Shown: positions 13,902-27,099 of the stretch, in pieces
Layout of the letters: every line of letters begins with the position of its first letter
Numbering within the stretch: position 1 is the first letter of the stretch
Source: Octopus sinensis
Lineage: Eukaryota
DNA: 64,000 bases
Assembly (NCBI RefSeq): GCF_006345805.1
Contig: NC_043010.1
Location: forward strand, 44,826,001 to 44,890,000
Direction: 5' to 3'
Notes under the pieces: generated by a model
Databases searched by the model: none
Told to the model about the DNA's origin: nothing
The model's input: the letters and a program-made list of their open reading frames with translations, nothing else
Program-made: the position numbers and the translations under genes

Positions 13902-15051
13902 AAATAAGCAACAGGATATCAAGAGGTGATGCAGTACGACCGTTTCAAGCGGCTTCATTAAGTGAACAATGCAATCATTACACCAATTTAAATGCAAGGC
14001 TATCCTCAGCTACTTAAATAAATAAAATTTTTAATCAGTTGGACACATTAATATAATTTTACTCAAATGCTCTAACAGAGCAAGAATAGGGAAAGAGTCC
14101 ATGTTGCCACTTATGTAGCTAAGAATATACTACACTTCTAATAATTGTATGAAGTTTGTTGGGGTCATAGCTTGTAAAGGATTGTGGTTCATTTTTAATT
14201 TATTAGTCTTTTTATCAACTACCAAATCTAAGACTAGACTGTTTAGAATGGAGGGCAGGAATGAGTTGACAGCACATTGCTGGGTATGGTCATAAATATT
14301 GTCAAGATTTCTAGGATTAGTATAAAGTAACTGTCTATAAAGGAGGCTGTGTAGAGGATGACCTCAAATCAAGATGTTAATTACCAGTTAAAGGGGCAAG
14401 ACGTTAATAAAACCTATGCTGTTAATACAGAGGAAATTATCATGGGGTACTATGGGTGATTGTATATAAGCAATATTGTTATGTTGTATAAAGAAAAAAG
14501 ACGGAAAAAATGTTAAGTTATGTACAGATACAAACATATTTAACTATGTGCACACATGCAAATATATTCAAATATTTATACTTTATTATAGATATGTTAT
14601 AATCAAATTAGATAAAATGTGTATATATAGCAATTTTCAACATTAGAAAGGGAAGATTACATAGAATTAGTTTAATATTCATTCATGTACTTAATTATTT
14701 ACTTGCTCTAGGTATTTACTTATGGAATACTGGGGCGATAAATCATACTATCTATATATTAATTATAAGCTAAGAATCAGGAAAAAAACGGAAAAAATAA
14801 TAAGTTGTGTACAGATACACACATATATTTAACTATGTGAACACATGCAAATATATTCAAATATTTATACTTTATTATGGATATGTCATAATCAACTCTC
14901 ATAGAATTAAGCAGAAAGTTTATATCTCTATTTAAGAACAGTAACAACTTATAAGGGATAAGAGGTTAATTGGTAAAAAATATCAAAATAAGAAAACAAA
15001 ATAATAAGAAATTATAGAGAATAGTAAGTAAATATATATAACTTATATTTT

Positions 15052-15108
<57 letters not shown>

Positions 15109-16420
15109 GAGTGTATCAAAATTTCTGGTAGAGGAGAGATAAAGATAACCTTACAGAAGAAGCAATAGGTATGGTAGTAATGAGGGCAGTAGGTGGTATT
15201 CAGACCGAAGGGGTATTTAATAAGTTATAAAGTTACCTTTGATGTTTGCTATTATATACATGATTTTATAGTTTTACAGGGGTATATAATTAGGAGTCTT
15301 ACTTACACAAAAGCCATAACAAAATACATAATATGATTAGTAAGGTAGAACATCATAGAAAGGAACAAATAGTTTAATCACCAAAATGATGATGAAGTCA
15401 GACTAATTAGGCAGGATTATTCATAGGATAGTAACTACATCTAGCATACCATATACCATACCATACCATACCATACCATACCATATAGCTTATAACATAT
15501 GCAATGCACTTTAGTTCATCATATTACTCAATATCCCATGATTTTATTATATAATACTAGGGGTAAGTTCATATCAGATACTACACTAGAAATTAATTTC
15601 CTTCATCCAGGTTCAAGCATAGCACCTTTAAACGCTAATTTCGAAAACATTTAAATGTACGGGTGACACTATTTACGCAAGATACCTTAGGCCTAATCTA
15701 TTATTTATCAGGTTGCTATGGTCCCTATACTTAAAAGTGTCATAAGTTTCCATAGAGCACAGCTCGCACCCGTATCGACTATCTCTAAAAGGCTGTGCTT
15801 TCCTTATTATGTCCCATTTTAGGCAAAATTCGATTCCGCTTTCCTTCAGTTCCTAAATCTTGCTAGATAAGGACGTACAATTGGCTTTATGATTGAGCCT
15901 AAAAGATGAAACTATAAAATCATGTATATAATAGCAAATTAACATCTTTATTTGGGGTTTTCCCCATCCCAGCCTCCTTTATAGATAGTTACTTTATACT
16001 AATCCCAGAAATCTTGACGATATTTTTGACGATACTCAGCTATGTGCTGTCAACTCAATCCTGCCCTCCATTCTAAACAGACACAGTCCTCTAGTCTTAG
16101 ATTTGGTAGGCGATAAAAAGACTAATAAATTAAAAACGAACCACAATCCTTCACAAACTTCATACAATTGTTAGAAGTGTAGTATATTCTTAGCTACATA
16201 AGTGGCAACATGGACTCTTTCCCTATTCTTGGTCTATTAGAGCATTTGAGTAAAATTATATCAATGTGTCCAACTGATTAAAAATTCTATATATTTTTGC
16301 AGCTGAGGATAGGCTTGCATTTAAATTGATGTAATGATTGCATTGTTTAATGAAATGGAGCCGCTTGAAACGGTCGTACTGCATCACCTCTTGATATCTT
16401 GTTGCTTATTTTGATTTTAT
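13900..16420. mobile_element. Degenerate PLE-like insertion with ~490-bp inverted terminal arms
   Basis: 13900-14390 is a diverged reverse complement of ~15930-16420. Both outer ends carry a decayed HHR (aag-ccg-ctt GAAAC G GTC). Internal direct repeat at ~14510/14800. Confidence 0.6.
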
Positions 16421-16506
16421 TCACCTTACTTTGAGTTGTACGGATAATACCGCATTGATTTGGTGCTTCGACTTAAATACCTAATTCATCTGAATCTCAA
16501 TTATTT

Positions 16507-16543
<37 letters not shown>

Positions 16544-17062
16544 ATTTGGATGTATACTAATATATAGGTTATGTGTATGTTATGGGTGTGTGTACGTATG
16601 CGTTTGGAAGGTGTGTATGTGTGTGGGTGCATTCTACGTCTAGTCATAATGGAACAGATTTACAAATAAATCAATAACATTGCTGTTTATTGCGGACCTT
16701 TTTTCTTTGTTTGTATATTCAAGAATACACACGCGCGCGCGCGTACATACATACTTCCCTCTCCACACAAATACGTCTATACAAATACATACATCTGTGA
16801 TAATATGTGTATCTGCGTATATTTTGCTCCAGAACAGAACGTCATCGTCGTGTTGATTAATATCAGGTCAGCTCTGTTGTGCAAATTATAATGAAAGACA
16901 TTCCAATCGAGCAGTGTCCACCCCGTCTTTTTAGGCCTATATACCACTACATTGTTGGTTGTGTGATTATTTAAGATTGTCAATTGTCAATTATGGCGGT
17001 TTGTTGACAGAATCGGTAGAGCATCGGATAAAATGCCTCTTAATATCGATTTCGGCTCTTGT

Positions 17063-17270
17063 AAGGTGGCGAGCTAGTAGAATCGTTAGCATGCTGGGAA
17101 AAATGCTTATCTTTATTTCGTCCGTCTTTACGTTCTGAGTTCAAATTCTGTCGAGGCCGACTATATCTTTCATCCTTTAGGGATCGATAAAATAAGTAGC
17201 AGTTGATTACTACGCTGTAATCGACATATCCCCTCTCCGAAATCGTCGATCGTGTGCCAAAATTTGAAAC
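17063..17270 (+). mobile_element. SINE family A with flanking partial duplicates
   Basis: ggtggcgagctagtagaatcgttagc...ctgagttcaaattc; extra head at ~16993-17060 and partial body at ~17290-17385. Confidence 0.7.
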
Positions 17271-17390
17271 CAAAATTTATTACTGTTCTTTGAGTTCTGA
17301 GTTCAAATTCCGCACACGTCAATTTTGCCTTTCATCCTTCCGATATCCCTAATATCAAGTACCAGTTAAGTACTGAGGTAGCCCTTTCCC

Positions 17391-17428
<38 letters not shown>

Positions 17429-18013
17429 GAATCATCTCATCACCGCCTGATTATTGTAATTTAAATAGGGATGCCAGTGTTACCAAGCACAAATATAGAA
17501 GAGGAGACTTACGTGAGGTTCCAGTAACACTTTCTCATAAAAAGAAACTAGCTTGCTTCAGAAACAGTCTTGAGAAAAGAAAAAAAGATAAAAGTATAAA
17601 ATAAACCTACAACCAGAGGCAGATATGACAGATATGGATGTACTGATGTGCATCGCAGTGCAGAACGAACGGTATATATATATATATATATATATGAAAA
17701 TGTGATGTTGAAAATGCACCTAAATTTAAAAAACTCGTAAATGTTTAAAATAAATTTATTTACATATATACCAAACAATATTTTTCGTTTATCAATGGTA
17801 AACGTTTAAAATTAGAAAAACATCTTTAAAAGTTTCAATGTTGACAAATTAAAATGTTTCAAAACAGGTGTAAGTTTGAATGTTCATACCAGTCAATAAA
17901 ATTGAAACTATATTAATTTGTATGAATGTACAAAGTTCATTAATTTTAGTGGTGGTCGACAAGTCATACTGAAAAAAAATGAATGTGAAATGAAAAGAGT
18001 AAAAAAAAAGGGA

Positions 18014-18300
18014 AGAACTTAATCTATGTTCTTAAATGTGGAGGTTGTGGTGGTGACTACATTGGTCAAACCAGCTTAACTTCGAGGGATAGACTTACGG
18101 TGCACAGGCAACAAATCCGGGACCCCACCACTAGGAAAATTCCCGTAAGCAAGCACCTAGACGAATGCCCCGTAGACATAAACCCTAAATACTAAATCTT
18201 CCCTCTCTATCAATGCACTGGAAATACTTCAACCCAATTCCGTTTAAATAAGGAAAACATACTGATTTAAAAATATAAACCACGGCTGAATATCCTTTAG
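18014..18300 (+). pseudogene. PLE GIY-YIG endonuclease C-terminal fragment
   Basis: Manual translation NLIYVLKCGGCGGDYIGQT...RLTVHRQQI...SKHL..C...KENILI*KYKPRLN, with in-frame stops. Confidence 0.8.
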
Positions 18301-19488
18301 AAAGAAGAAAAAGCAGTAAAAAGAAAAGAAAAAAAGACTCAACCAGGAACAACGAAATAATTTCTTTTTGTAAAAAAAAAACTTTAGTATCAATCTTCCA
18401 ACCGGGTTCCGAAACCGCAACTCTAAATCATCATACAAACACCAGTTGCTAACGTCACCTACCTCCAGTCCAATGAAATTCTACAAACACCAGTTGCTGA
18501 CGTCACCTAACTCCACATCAATCAAAACCGAATTTCAGCGAATACAACGAAATGACCCTTTAAGAGAACCAACCAACTGTACTTTAAATTTTTCTTAAGA
18601 AAACTTATTTCGTTTCAGGTTCGATGAAATAAAGTACCAATCAAACCCTTTTTTTCCCTAAAATATCGTTAGCACTTCTGAAAAAATGCTTACTTGCATT
18701 TCGTCCAGTTCTTTACGTTCAAATACCATCGAAGCAAACCTTACCTTCACTTAAACGTCTTTGCTTTTTCTGAATTCTTTGCTTTTTTAAAAAATGTATT
18801 TTTATTTTAGTTGTTTGAGCTAAAAATTTATCATATTTGATTCAAAATAAAAATATTTTTTTCCGTTTTCGAATGCTAAAATGCTTCATTAAAAACAATT
18901 TTTTTCCTAATAATTCAAAACTATTTTTATAAAGTGCTAATGTTTTTAAACTGCAGAAATAGTACTTAAAAATTTTACGATGCTGCACTGCTGCAGAAAT
19001 TCCACATAGATATTTTCTTGAACTGTCATTTCCTTCGCTGCCAAGCTTTAAAAAAAAACTTTAACCGGAACAGAGCTTGATTATGACGAGTGCAAAGACT
19101 GAAATCTATTTAAGTCTCCAAGTCAAAGAAGGATCGGATTCATACCTACGAAACAGAAGTGTCTAGTGACACGATAGCATTAAAGGAAACTCTTCTTAAG
19201 CTATTACCATAAAGTTCAATATTTTACAATTATTGGTTTGTAAAACTTGCTTCGTGGAAGCTGTTTAGATAAAAAATTAAGTGTTTTAGTATTTGTTTCA
19301 TTTCATGCATTAGATTATAAATATACGGTATATTTATCCCGAAACTCCATCTAAAAATTATTGGAAAATAAGAATGTCAATCCACAAAATTTTGAGGTCC
19401 ATTCTCTTGCACCATAATATAGCAACAGACCTGCTCATAATACCAATAAATAACATTACATATTACAGAGCATTTTGAATCTCTAAAT

Positions 19489-19719
19489 CAGTGGTACTCG
19501 ACCATTTTTTGTCTGTGAACCCCTTTGATTCATATTTTATTCTCCTGGACCTCCATAGCCATTTGAAGATTTTATAATTAAATATTATAAGAAACTGTAT
19601 AAAAATTGCTAAAATATTCGGTGTATTGTAGAAGTATTAGCAATTTATTGCACAAGTTTTCGCAAATAAATCTTATATGGACCCACAAGGGCCGTATAGA
19701 CACCGACTGAGAACCACTG
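19489..19719. mobile_element. hAT-type MITE with 8-bp TSD
   Basis: cagtggt...accactg termini; flanks ctctaaat / gtctaaat. Confidence 0.8.
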
Positions 19720-19892
19720 GTCTAAATTTATCAAGGTATTCCAGAGAAATACAATTAGCTCAAGTCCTTAGTTTTCTTTGTTCCTCAATTAGAATGCGTG
19801 ACAGAGCTAGTTCAGTCTATGAAGCTATAGTTTACTATATTTAATATCTTAGGGTATTTATTTTCAAGTGAACATCATGCTTTTTAAAAATG

Positions 19893-19955
<63 letters not shown>

Positions 19956-20001
19956 CATACACACACATATATATGTATATATATACATATATATATGTGT
20001 G

Positions 20002-20038
<37 letters not shown>

Positions 20039-20220
20039 AAAGGGCTTAGTAAAATAAATTACTTTGCCGCATACTGAACTCATTAGAAATAGCAGCTAAA
20101 AAAACTTTTTTAAAACTATTTCCAATACTTAAAGAAAACCTCTCTCATATAGTGTTTGCTCAATTCAACTCACGCAAATATGGGGGTAGAGACATTAAAA
20201 AATCAAGTGCAAAGGTTATT

Positions 20221-20274
20221 TGAGAACGTACGTTTCAAGATTAGTCAAAATTCGACATTTCTATCATCAGCTCA
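20221..20274 (-). ncRNA. Type I hammerhead ribozyme motif
   Basis: TGAG CTGATGA [imperfect stem II] GAAAC GTAC GT T CTCA; palindromic stem III ACGTACGT. Confidence 0.65.
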
Positions 20275-20539
20275 GAACTCCCTGGTTTGGATTTGAAAAC
20301 ACTGAAAGTAGGAGCATACCCTTTCGGCTTCCTCTCGCTTCTGAAGATCTGCTCGTAACTAACAGTGCCAACAAACTCAAAAATGCAAGCGAAGAATTTC
20401 TGCTCTCCCCTTTCCACCAGCGTGGGTTAAAATCAGCAAACACTATGCTTTTTTCGGTAAAATCCGCGGCATTATATAGAGAGAGATGAATTATAATTTC
20501 AACAAATGTTGAAAATATATATATATATATATATATTTG

Positions 20540-20765
20540 TTTACTACCCACAAGGGGCTAAACACAGCGGGGACAACCAAAGGCAGACAAACGGATTAAG
20601 TCGATTATATCGACCCCAGTGCGTAACTGGTACTTAATTTATCGACCCCGAAAGGATGAAAGGCAAAGTCGACCTCGGCGGAATTTGAACTCGGAACGTA
20701 ACGGCAGACGAAATACGGCTACGCATTTCGCCCGGCGTGCTAACGTTACTGCCAGCTCGCCGCCT
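20540..20765 (-). mobile_element. SINE family A, full length
   Basis: Near-identical to 31446-31675. Confidence 0.85.
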
Positions 20766-20789
20766 TGTATATACGTATATAATGAACTT

Positions 20790-21260
20790 GTACACAAAGC
20801 TCGGGTGCACTACAACTTTAAAAAAATAAGTAACAGGGGTGTGGGCATCAGGTGTGCTGTTGGGGAATTTCAGGAAGCATGGAAATTTTGAAGGATGTAG
20901 TATCTTGATTACTAACAACTGATGCAGGTAGTTTATTCCATGGGTCAGCAATTCTGAGTTTGAAAAAATGTTTCCAAAAGTCATATGTGCAGACTTGCTT
21001 TTTGATTTTGTAAGCATGTCCCCGAGTATTAGACATAAAGAATTCAAAAAGGTGCCTAAGTGTTGTTGTTGGAAAGATAGTGGATAATGTTATGGGTATC
21101 TACGAATGCCCCTGGGAAGCAAGACGTTCGGTGTATGGTTGATGCTTGACGGCAGGTATTCGTTTGGCTGCACGTTTCTGAACAGTTGCCAGGACATTGA
21201 TATGCTGAAAAAGATAGGGGTTCTAGACTGGCGCTGGAAACTCTTATTTTTACATAAACA
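20790..21260 (-). pseudogene. CR1/L2-group LINE ORF2 C-terminus
   Basis: TRGHAYKIKKQ...FFKLRIADPWNKLPASVV....SFK, with upstream VQKRAAKRIP...Y.ERL. Confidence 0.75.
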
Positions 21261-21304
21261 TCTCAAGTAATGTATGAAAGAAAAAGTAAATACTATTTAT
21301 TTAT

Positions 21305-21830
21305 CCAGGTGTAGCTGTGTGGTAAGAAGCTTACTTCCCAACCACATGGTTCCGTGTTCAGTCCCACTGCGTAGCACCTTAGGCAAGTGTCTTCTACTAT
21401 AGCCTCAGGCCGACCAAAGCCTTGTGAGTGGATTGGCAGACGGAAACCCAATGAAGCCTGTCGTATATACACACATATATATATATATAATTAATTCTAC
21501 AACCGAAAGTGCTACTAATAGTTTAATGCTTTTATGATACTTGAACTTGCTTATTTATAAAATATGCTATGTATCTTAAAGCAATCTTTCAGACTGTGTT
21601 TATGTGTTGTGTGTGTGTTTGTCCCCTAACTATCGGTTGACAACCGGTGTTGGTGTGTTTATGTCCCCGTAACTTAGCGGATCGGCAAAAGATACGATGG
21701 AATAAAATAAGTACTAGGCTTAAGAAAATAAGTCCTGTATTGATTTGTTCGACTAAAACCCTTCAAGGAATGTGCCCCAGCATGGCCACAGTCAAATGAC
21801 TGAAACAAGTAAAACGTAAAAGATAAAAAT
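21305..21830 (+). mobile_element. SINE family B, diverged and interrupted
   Basis: Head at 21305-21470 and tail at ~21600-21830. Confidence 0.75.
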
Positions 21831-22199
21831 TATGTATAAAGAATTGATTGTAAAAAATGGAAAAAATGTGTTTAGGAGGAAACTGTGAACCAAGTTGACA
21901 ACCATAATATCAAATCCTATTCTATTATTGTTGATTTAACGCTTGATTTAACGTTTGCCATGACGTTGTAAAGAAGCTCTCATATGACAAAACTTTGCGT
22001 GAGTCTGTTGATGGGAAAAATATTGAAAAAGTGTATTTTGTAAACTCAGTTCATGTTGTGTGTATTCCCATAGGTTTTTAAAATCTCTGGTCTTTGCTAT
22101 GTTTATTTCATCAGTTTTATATTTATCAAGTATGTATATAAATAATGCTAAATTATCACCCTCCACCCACCCAAGTCGAAAACTATGAGGTATAGAAAT

Positions 22200-22866
22200 C
22201 TTTATTCACACCAGTAATGTTAATATGTGAGATAGCCCACTCCTTTTCGATTCACTAAAGCGGGTCTTTTTTTCTTTAAAGCTTGGTTAAAATGCCCTAA
22301 TTGCTGACAGTAGACTTGAGCATTGATTGTTGTATTAGATGGTAACAATTCAAAGTGAATTTTTGCAATCTAATTTTCCATGAATTTCCCTTCGCGGTTG
22401 TGGTTGAGCTTTTCCCCTTTTACCAAGCCACTGTTTACGACGTTTAACACTTTGATAGAAGATCAATTTTTCGTCACCAGTCACAAGTCTATCCAAAAAG
22501 GGTGAAATGAGTTCGCGCGAATAGAGAGAAAAGCAGATGTCAACTCGGGATTTGTGATTGCTTTCGGACAATTCATGAGGCACCCATTTTCCAAGTTTAG
22601 GAAGCTTTCCAAGTTGTTGAAGATGACGATGAAGAGTTGTATGGTTTGAACTAAGCTTTATTGCCAATTCTTCAATTGATAATGCAGGATTTTCTTCAAG
22701 TACTGCCCCAAGGAGCTTATCATCAAACTCAACTGGACGTCCTGTTCGATCTTCATCTTCAAGGCTGAAATCTCCACTTCTGAATTTTGCAAATAATCTT
22801 CTGCAAGTTCTTTCATTCAAGAATTCTTTCCCATAAACTGAGTGTATGTTTCGAGTCGCTTCGGCT
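22200..22866 (-). pseudogene. mariner transposase relic
   Basis: FAKFRSGDFSLEDEDRTGRP...GKWVPHELS...VTGDEK, then HFELL...TINAQVYCQQL. Confidence 0.85.
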
Positions 22867-22876
22867 GTATATATAT

Positions 22877-22924
<48 letters not shown>

Positions 22925-22964
22925 TGTATGTATGTATGTATGTATATATATATGTATTTTCAAT

Positions 22965-23163
22965 ATGTGACGCGTGTGAATCGTTGGCGATTTTCTTTCT
23001 TTGCCTTCCCTTCTTTGAACTTTTTCTATATTTCTGATGAAGAGCTCCGCTTGAAACGTGAAATCCTCTTTCTTTTCTTCCCTTTCCTGAGCGTCCAATA
23101 ACACTGTACTTTTCCCACGTACTCACGTTGTGTTTTCTTGCTTGTTCATGTTTGGATTGACTA
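22965..23163 (+). mobile_element. ~200-bp HHR-bearing element in (TA)n
   Basis: Homologous to 46272-46480; HHR fold at 23030-23064. A 3' fragment lies at ~35427-35530 (-). Confidence 0.7.
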
Positions 23164-23186
23164 TTTATATATATATATAATATATA

Positions 23187-24369
23187 TTGTGTCATCCCAT
23201 AAATAATGCGGTTTTTCAAATCCATGAAATAAAAGTCGGTGGTGGTGGGATAAACAATCTGCATCCACTTGCTATAGAAACAAGTAGTGATTTTTACCTT
23301 GTGCTTATTCTTAGTGCAAGTTTTGAAGGGTACAGTTCTATTTTACAATTATTTTTTCAAAGCTATAATTGATGTGACAAAGGAGCATATTTCCTTTATG
23401 AGTTCAATAAAGGCAAGAACGCAACGGAAAGTGCGAGGAATATTAATGCAGTGTATGGGGATCGGACAATAAGCGTAAGCCAGTATCAACGGTGCTTCTA
23501 GAAATTCCGAACCGAAAACTACAGCGTAAAAGACGAGTCTCCTTCTGGAAGATCTGTGAAACCCGTCGAAGAGTTCCTGGAAACTCTGGTTGAATAAAAT
23601 CCCATCGTAACTGTTGAGGAACCAGCAGAGAAACTTAGATTTGGTCATTCAACCAGTCATCAACACCTGCGTGCCATCGGAAAAGTTGGCAAATTGTGCT
23701 AATAGGTTCCTTACAAACTTTTCGAAAAGTGACTGGTGACGAGGAATTGGTTTTCTATAAAAATGTCAAGCGCCGAAGAGCGTGGGTAGGGAAAGGAGAA
23801 ATACGGGCACCCCATGCTAAAGTAAGTCTTTACCCATGTAAGGAGTTGTTATATGGGGTATGAAGTGTTTAGTTCACTTTGAACTTTAAAATCCAAACCA
23901 AACGATGGCAAAGAAGATCTACTGCGAGCACTTTGAGCAGCTTAAGCCAGCACTAGGAGAAAAACGACCATTTTTGGTTTGAAGATGAAAGGTATTCTTC
24001 CATCAGGACAATGCACAACCAAACACAGCGAGAATGACATTCGAAAGACTGGAGCAGTTTGAATGGGAAACGATGCCCTACCTACCATATTCGCTGGAGA
24101 TTGCTCCATCTGATTATCATTTATTCTGCAGTCTTCAAAATCATTTGGACGGAAAAAATATGACGAAATCAGAACAGTATCGGAGGAGGTTTTCGTCATG
24201 GATAAGTGAACTTTGGAAGAGGGGTCTTTCAAGTTTACCAGATAGATGATGGAAAAGCATTGTAGTAAATGAAGGAGAGTATATTTTAGATTAAGAAAGA
24301 TCTTTGCTTATCTTAATTTTAAAAAATAAAAGAAATATAAAATACTGCATTATTTATGGAATTACCTAA
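23187..24369 (+). mobile_element. mariner element, defective
   Basis: TIRs (..cataaataatgc..), TA flanks, fragments ...EIAPSDYHLFCSLQNHLDGK; many stops and frameshifts. Confidence 0.85.
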
Positions 24370-25228
24370 TATATTACCAGAATGACAGACCATCCCAACG
24401 GAGAAAGACCCCCTTTTCTAGCCTAGAGCCATGAGTTCTTCATTAAGATTTTAAGCAAGATCAGTTGGGCGTTTCTGCACATTTATGTGTATGCGTGCAA
24501 TATTTGGAGTCAGTGTATGTGCATATATGGATGTATGTCTGTAGGTATCTACGTGCGTGTGATTTTCTAAGTCTATCTGCATATATAACTGTATGCATAT
24601 AGCCATGTAGGTGTGGTGACTTTGTATTTATGTATGTATGTATGTATGTATGTATATGAAGGTTTTATGCATAATTAAAAAGTAGAGGGTGTAATGATGT
24701 AATTTAGGAAGTCGACATTTTTGTATCCAAAAACAAAGTAAAACGCCCTGTTGATTTGGTCACAATCCTACCTGATGATGCAGCAAGGAGCAGTTTCTTT
24801 AAAAACTTTGAAAGCAATTTGAAACTTCCCAACAGCTAATACTTTTCACATAAAAAATACCGACGCTCTGTCAAAAGAAGAAAACAAAACTATTAATACA
24901 AATAAATCTGTGGTGTAAGAGGATTGCCTAATGTTATACCGGAAAATGCCGTGTACACCTACGTTTGAAAGGATTGTCGTAGTGTTAAATACAATTTGGG
25001 TGGTGCTCAGGCAACAATATTTTCACCTACAATTTATCAAGGATACAGATTGGAACAAAAATTGTTTCCGAAGAGCACAAAATACTGATGGGTATCAATT
25101 AAGCTCATTTAACTTTTTCAATATATTAATCTCTAGATCATTGATAGAAAACATTGTTAGAAAAATATAATGCATTGACAATAGTAATTCGTTTCGCATA
25201 AGGTTTCGCATATATATATCTATATCTA

Positions 25229-25275
25229 TTAGGTTGGTGCATAATTATTGCGCCTTTTTTTCATCAAATTCAGGA
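25229..25275 (+). mobile_element. Solo mariner TIR fragment
   Basis: ttaggttggtgcataattattgcg after TA. Confidence 0.5.
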
Positions 25276-26900
25276 AAGGACCTTGTTTCCATTCTCCCCC
25301 CAGGCAACGTACATTTAAACATCCAACATAAAGTGTATCCATAGCGTAGTGCTCACGGTCGGAGTTGGGATAGCACTACCATCTCATTCCTTTGGTTTTT
25401 CATCCGGGACTTGCGGGGTGTTGTTGACTAGGCTCTCAAACATTAGTGGGGAAAAGTCTTTCCTCAGAGGGCCTTTGTCGTTTTTTCATCGGTTTGCTAA
25501 TCTATTATAGTTAGCCCTGTCTATCTTGTAAATTGCTAGTGATTTGTTAGTCGTCATTACTGCAGTATAACCCCTGTCTAGATGGGAGGGGAACATTTTG
25601 GGCTGGGACTTTTTGGTGGTTGTGTGTTCTACTGGCTGTTGCTTTTTATGTTTTGTTGTACGGCTAGTAGGCTTCGATGAGGAGGTCGTTTCTTTCCTTT
25701 TCTGGAATATATCTCCCACCTTTGTTTCCTCCCATTTCGTCTTCCTCTGTTTTGTATTCAGATGTTTCCTCACTTGGGTCTTCATCTGTTTTCTTTTCCT
25801 TTTGTTTTTCAACAGGTGGGGGAATAGCTGCTTTTTCGGGGTGAGGTTGGCACCCGGCCCTAATGTGGCCTTTTTGGCCACGCTTGTAGTAACAAGGCTT
25901 CCTCCCCTCTATCGTGACACGCAGCTTAGTCTCCTCCTCTTGTATAGTTTCTATGATATTTTCTAAATCAGCCGGGGCAGCCTGTATAATCATTTCGAGG
26001 CCTTCCCTGCCAATTTTGCTGTGCTGAGGCTTGGAGAATTGTGATCGTATCCTCCAAGACGTTTATTATGGCTGTTACCAGCCAAGCGGGGTCTACTTCA
26101 GGTGGGATATCTCCTACCCTAATCTTGGAGGTTCGCCTTCCAAGATAAGTAGGTAGGAGAACCATCTCCGCATTTTTTAATAGCTCCGTTGATGCTTGTT
26201 TTGCCTTTTCCTCGGTTTTGAAACGGACTTCTATTGTGGTATACTTCACTCCACTTGTGACGTATGGTACATCGTTTCAAACTGGACTGAGGCACAGGTC
26301 CACCGCCTCTTTACTTGCGTTATCCAATTTTCTTGCTTTGGTCACAAATGATTTGTATATCACGGTACACAGTAGTGCATTATGCGTCATTTCACTGGGA
26401 GGGGTAATCATCGTTTCGCTCCCCTCCCTTTTCATCATACCTTTGTATTTTCCGAGATCATCGCTTCCACAATTCATTGCCCTTTTTGAGATACCGGCCG
26501 TTGCTGCAAAATTGCTAGCTTTTCTTCCTTGAATAAATTCTTCTCGGTATGCTATTTAAAGCTGTGCTGCCTTCTCCGCTTCTGATACCTTTCCATTCAC
26601 TTGTACCAGGTTCACTACTGGTCTTGGCATTAATAGGTAATTTGTCCATTTTGTTTTGAAAAATATAATATTTTCCCCCTTCACACAAGGGGGAAAACGT
26701 TAACAAAGGACTGTCACAAGCAGAAAAATAAGTGTTTAAAAACACTGATCGAAAGTTCAACAACGTAATAATTCAACAAATTATCCACAAATATTACAAC
26801 TTGCGCCAAACCCTTCGAACAACGCACAAACAAAATTCACGATCAGCTCGATCAGAGATGATTGTAACAACTTTTTTCTTTATAGCCCACAGAGAGTTAA
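25275..26900 (-). mobile_element. L1/Tx1-like retrotransposon 5' portion: decayed ORF1 plus ~20 codons of ORF2
   Basis: TIEVRF...LLPTYLGRR..IRVGDIP; decayed zinc knuckle GRKPCYYKRGQKGHIRAGC; then MDTLYVGCLNVRCLG (APE-type start) at 25342. Confidence 0.6.
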
Positions 26901-27099
26901 ATATCGAGGGGGCAATGCATTAACAAATAGGACAGTACAATGAAAGTGGGGACAGAAGAACTGATGGCAGGATGAATGAAAATAAATAATTGAGTAATGA
27001 AATGATGACGCTCGACCCCACGTCCGGGCGCCTTCATTTAACCTTACATCATACTTTTCACTTTAAAAAAAAATTTCTAACTGTTAATCATTGTAAAAT

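Noticed and set aside
20220-20551. Non-repetitive-looking ORFs as host exons (also 3609-4022)
   Set aside because: No recognisable domain or splice support; the 20.2-kb ORFs overlap a hammerhead repeat.
24765-24790. CTGATGA TGC..GCA (similar isolated CTGATGA at ~2645, 22105, 36714 and 57802)
   Set aside because: No correctly placed GAAAC or stem I; consistent with chance.
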